From the NCBI RefSeq assembly GCF_036365525.1, contig NC_090391.1, forward strand, positions 79,434,085-79,498,084: 64,000 bases of DNA, read 5' to 3'. Shown piece by piece: positions 61,374 to 64,000 of this stretch. Position 1 is the stretch's first letter. The number at the start of each line of letters is the position of its first letter. A program made the position numbers and the translations under genes. The DNA comes from Heterodontus francisci. Its lineage: Eukaryota. The notes under the pieces were generated by a model that saw only the letters and a list, made by a program, of their open reading frames with translations, searched no databases and had not been told where the DNA came from.

Positions 61374-61469
61374 ATTGTTTCAGGTCTGTGACCTGTCATC
61401 AATTCTGAGTATTTCCGACACTTTTATTTTTAAGTTCAGATTTCCAGCATCCACAGTATTTTGCTTCTG

Positions 61470-62365
61470 TTATAGATGTGTAAGTGAGTACATTTTAGAA
61501 GGATGTATGCGCAGAGACAATGCAAGCTACATGTTACATCTCTAAAGGGAGTGCAAGAACAGAGAGACCTGGCGAGTTTGTGCGCAAATCATTGAAGCTC
61601 ACAGGACAGGTTAGCAAAGCAGTTCAGAAAGCATATGGGATCCTGGGCTTTATAAATAGAGACATAGATAAAAACAAAGTTATGCGAAACTAATACAAAA
61701 CAGTACGGCATGCCTCAGTGTATGTTACGTGGAGCAATATAATTTTAATAAAAGCAAAATACTGCGGATGCTGGAAATCTGAAACAAAAACAAGAAATGC
61801 TGGAATCACTCAGCAGGTCTGGCAGCATCTGTGGAAAGAGAAGCCACTGACCAGAAACGTTAACTCTGCTTCTCTTTCCACAGATGCTGCCAGACCTGCT
61901 GAGTGATTCCAGCATAATTTTAATCATGCTGTACCAGCGATCTGGGATTTCAGTTACAAGAAGAGATTGGAAAGGCTGGGATTGCTCTCTTTGGAACAAC
62001 GAAGGGTAAGGGGATATTTAATATAGAAAGCAGGAAGGATGTTGATAGCGTAATTAAGGAGTAAGTGTTTCCAATGTCAGAAAGTTCAATATTAAGAAAA
62101 CACAAACTGAAGGTAATTGGCAAAAACAATACGGGAAATGAGGAGCATTTTCTTACACAGCGAATTGTTGGGATCTGGAATTCACTGCCTGTAAACATGG
62201 TGGACGCAGATTCAATAATATCCTTCAAAAGGGAATCTAATGAATACTTGAAAATAAAAACGTTCTGGAGGCTGGGTATAGAGGACGAGAGGGGAACTAA
62301 TTAGATAGCTCTTTCAAAGAAACATCACTGACACGATGGGCCGAATAGACTAGTTCTGTTTTGCA
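61470..62365 (+). mobile_element. CR1 3' fragment containing a Penelope-derived hairpin insertion (61750-61915)
   Basis: EQRDL and ORF 62065..62304 HFLTQRIVGIWNSLP motifs. Confidence 0.7.
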
Positions 62366-62479
62366 TCAACCTCTGAATCTATGAGCAAGAGACAGACAAT
62401 AAAAAAGAGAGAGTGAGACACAGGTGAAAGAGAGAAAGGATAATAGACACAGAGATAAAAAGATGTTTATGCTGCTTTT

Positions 62480-63700
62480 CAGGCCAAGGTATTGTGATTC
62501 ATGATCTGTCCGTGCCAGATACTGTTGAGGCAGGTAACACACAAACTTCATGCTGTCTCCTCATGTCCATGAATTCCACGTGCCGCCCAGGGTGCTCCTG
62601 GCTGCTGTCTGGCTGCACGATTAACAGGAAACTAATTGTGTCTGAAGCTCGTTCGTAACTTCTGGCATCACTGAGAGATTTCAGTATGATGGATGTTCCT
62701 GCCTGATGTCCCTTCTGAACCCCCACCTCCCCTTCTTCCTGCTGTCTGGGATGATGCACAAGCTGCAGATGGCGGGACAATGGACCTCCTGCTTTCCATC
62801 CCACCCTCAATCCCTCACCCCAAGTCTCGGCTTCTGATGTGATACTTTCCAATGATAACCAAAAACTACCAGCTGATGGACATGTGCACTGAGATAATTT
62901 TTCCATTGACAGGCCTGTCAGACAGTCTGTTGTCACTCTCAAGGAACATAGAGGAATCCAGCCCCAACATGACACAGAATATTGCACAGAGCATGAAGCC
63001 CATTCTTTCTGCTGTGGACGTGGTCACTAACTCCATGACTGCACTAATGGTCCTAGCTTTGGTATAGCGTCTGGTGACCATTGCCTCAGCTTTCATTGTA
63101 GGACAGGCGACAGACACCCAAAGTCAGACTTGGGTCAGGAGATCCATGCTGGCTGCCATGCAGGATCAGACTGCATCTATCATGGCTGTGGATGTCACTG
63201 CTCAATGGGGTTTGCAGGCTCCCACAGCAGTCCATCAATCTGTGATCCAGTAGATTACCAGCATTTCTGAGTTGTCTCCCCGTCGAAGTGGAAGTGACTC
63301 CGTGGAGCATAAACCTGCTGTCCTCTCACAGGATGACAGTATTTGTTCTCCATTCACTGTCAATTCACCAGTGTTCCTGCTGTTAGCCATCAGCCAGCCC
63401 ACACTGCTGTTTCCTATTTCGAGGTGGTGCAGTCTGAATCCGTGTCCTCAAGCACAGAGATGCCCGAGTGCATCCTGCAAGACCATCTGCAGTCTCTCCT
63501 CGTGAATGTCAGCAACATTTCACCAGCCATGCCGCAGCCATTGGGGAAACATTGTGCAAGAACACGAAGCAAGTCGTGGAAACCAACAAGACAGGCACGA
63601 AGGGAATACACAAGGCTGAATAGATCAGTTTTGTTTGTATAATTCAATGTGTTGTTTGATAAAGATGTCAATGAAAAGTTTGTGTTGGTGGCCTTCTTCG
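62480..63700 (+). mobile_element. Harbinger-associated second-ORF region (inverted paralog of 39060-40480)
   Basis: ORFs 62852..63067 and 63272..63505 match 39429..39911(-) and 31122..31493(-). Confidence 0.55.
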
Positions 63701-64000
63701 AACAGAGAGATGAATGAATGAGAGAAGTTATAATGGGGAATTCAGTTATCCAAATATAGACTTATAAAGCAGTAGTGTCGAGGGCAGAGGGTAAGAGTCT
63801 CTAGAATGTGTTCAGGAAGATTTTCTGAAGCAACAAATTTCCAGACCAACGAGACGGGGTCGGGGGCATTGTTGGTCCGAGTGTTTCTTAATGAGGTGGG
63901 CCAAGTGGATAGAATATCAGTGGGAGAACATTTATGGTACAGTGATCATTGTATCATTAGTATTAGGTTGGTTATCGAAAAGGAAAAATAACAATCTCAG
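63700..64000 (+). mobile_element. CR1 endonuclease fragment
   Basis: IMGEFSYPNID...LECVQEDF...GEHLWYSDHCII, APE-domain-like. Confidence 0.65.

Overview
Eukaryotic, repeat-rich vertebrate DNA, most likely from a cartilaginous fish (shark-type tRNA-derived V-SINEs, CR1/L2/RTE LINEs, Penelope-like elements, Harbinger remnants). No prokaryotic genes or CRISPR arrays. The window holds part of a cluster of two-exon class A GPCR genes resembling GPR139/GPR142. Gene A has only exon 1 in the window (minus strand, 1894-2113). Gene B is complete (exon 1 26894-27074, 16.5-kb phase-1 intron, exon 2 43545-44428; about 354 aa). Copy C is a pseudogenised exon 2 (minus strand, 54523-55381). The copies arose by inverted segmental duplications that also carried old intronic transposon fragments: A and B are head-to-head, B and C tail-to-tail. 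Other notable structure: a copy-number-variable 42-bp ATG plus N-glycosylation module in exon 1, a shared proximal promoter, paralog divergence concentrated in extracellular loops, a 62-bp CCAAT/GC-box array midway between the divergent promoters, a 44-bp exact copy of coding sequence inside the intron, minimal hammerhead ribozyme motifs in Penelope termini, two perfect fold-back hairpins and several satellite blocks. Transposon boundaries are approximate and were read by eye.
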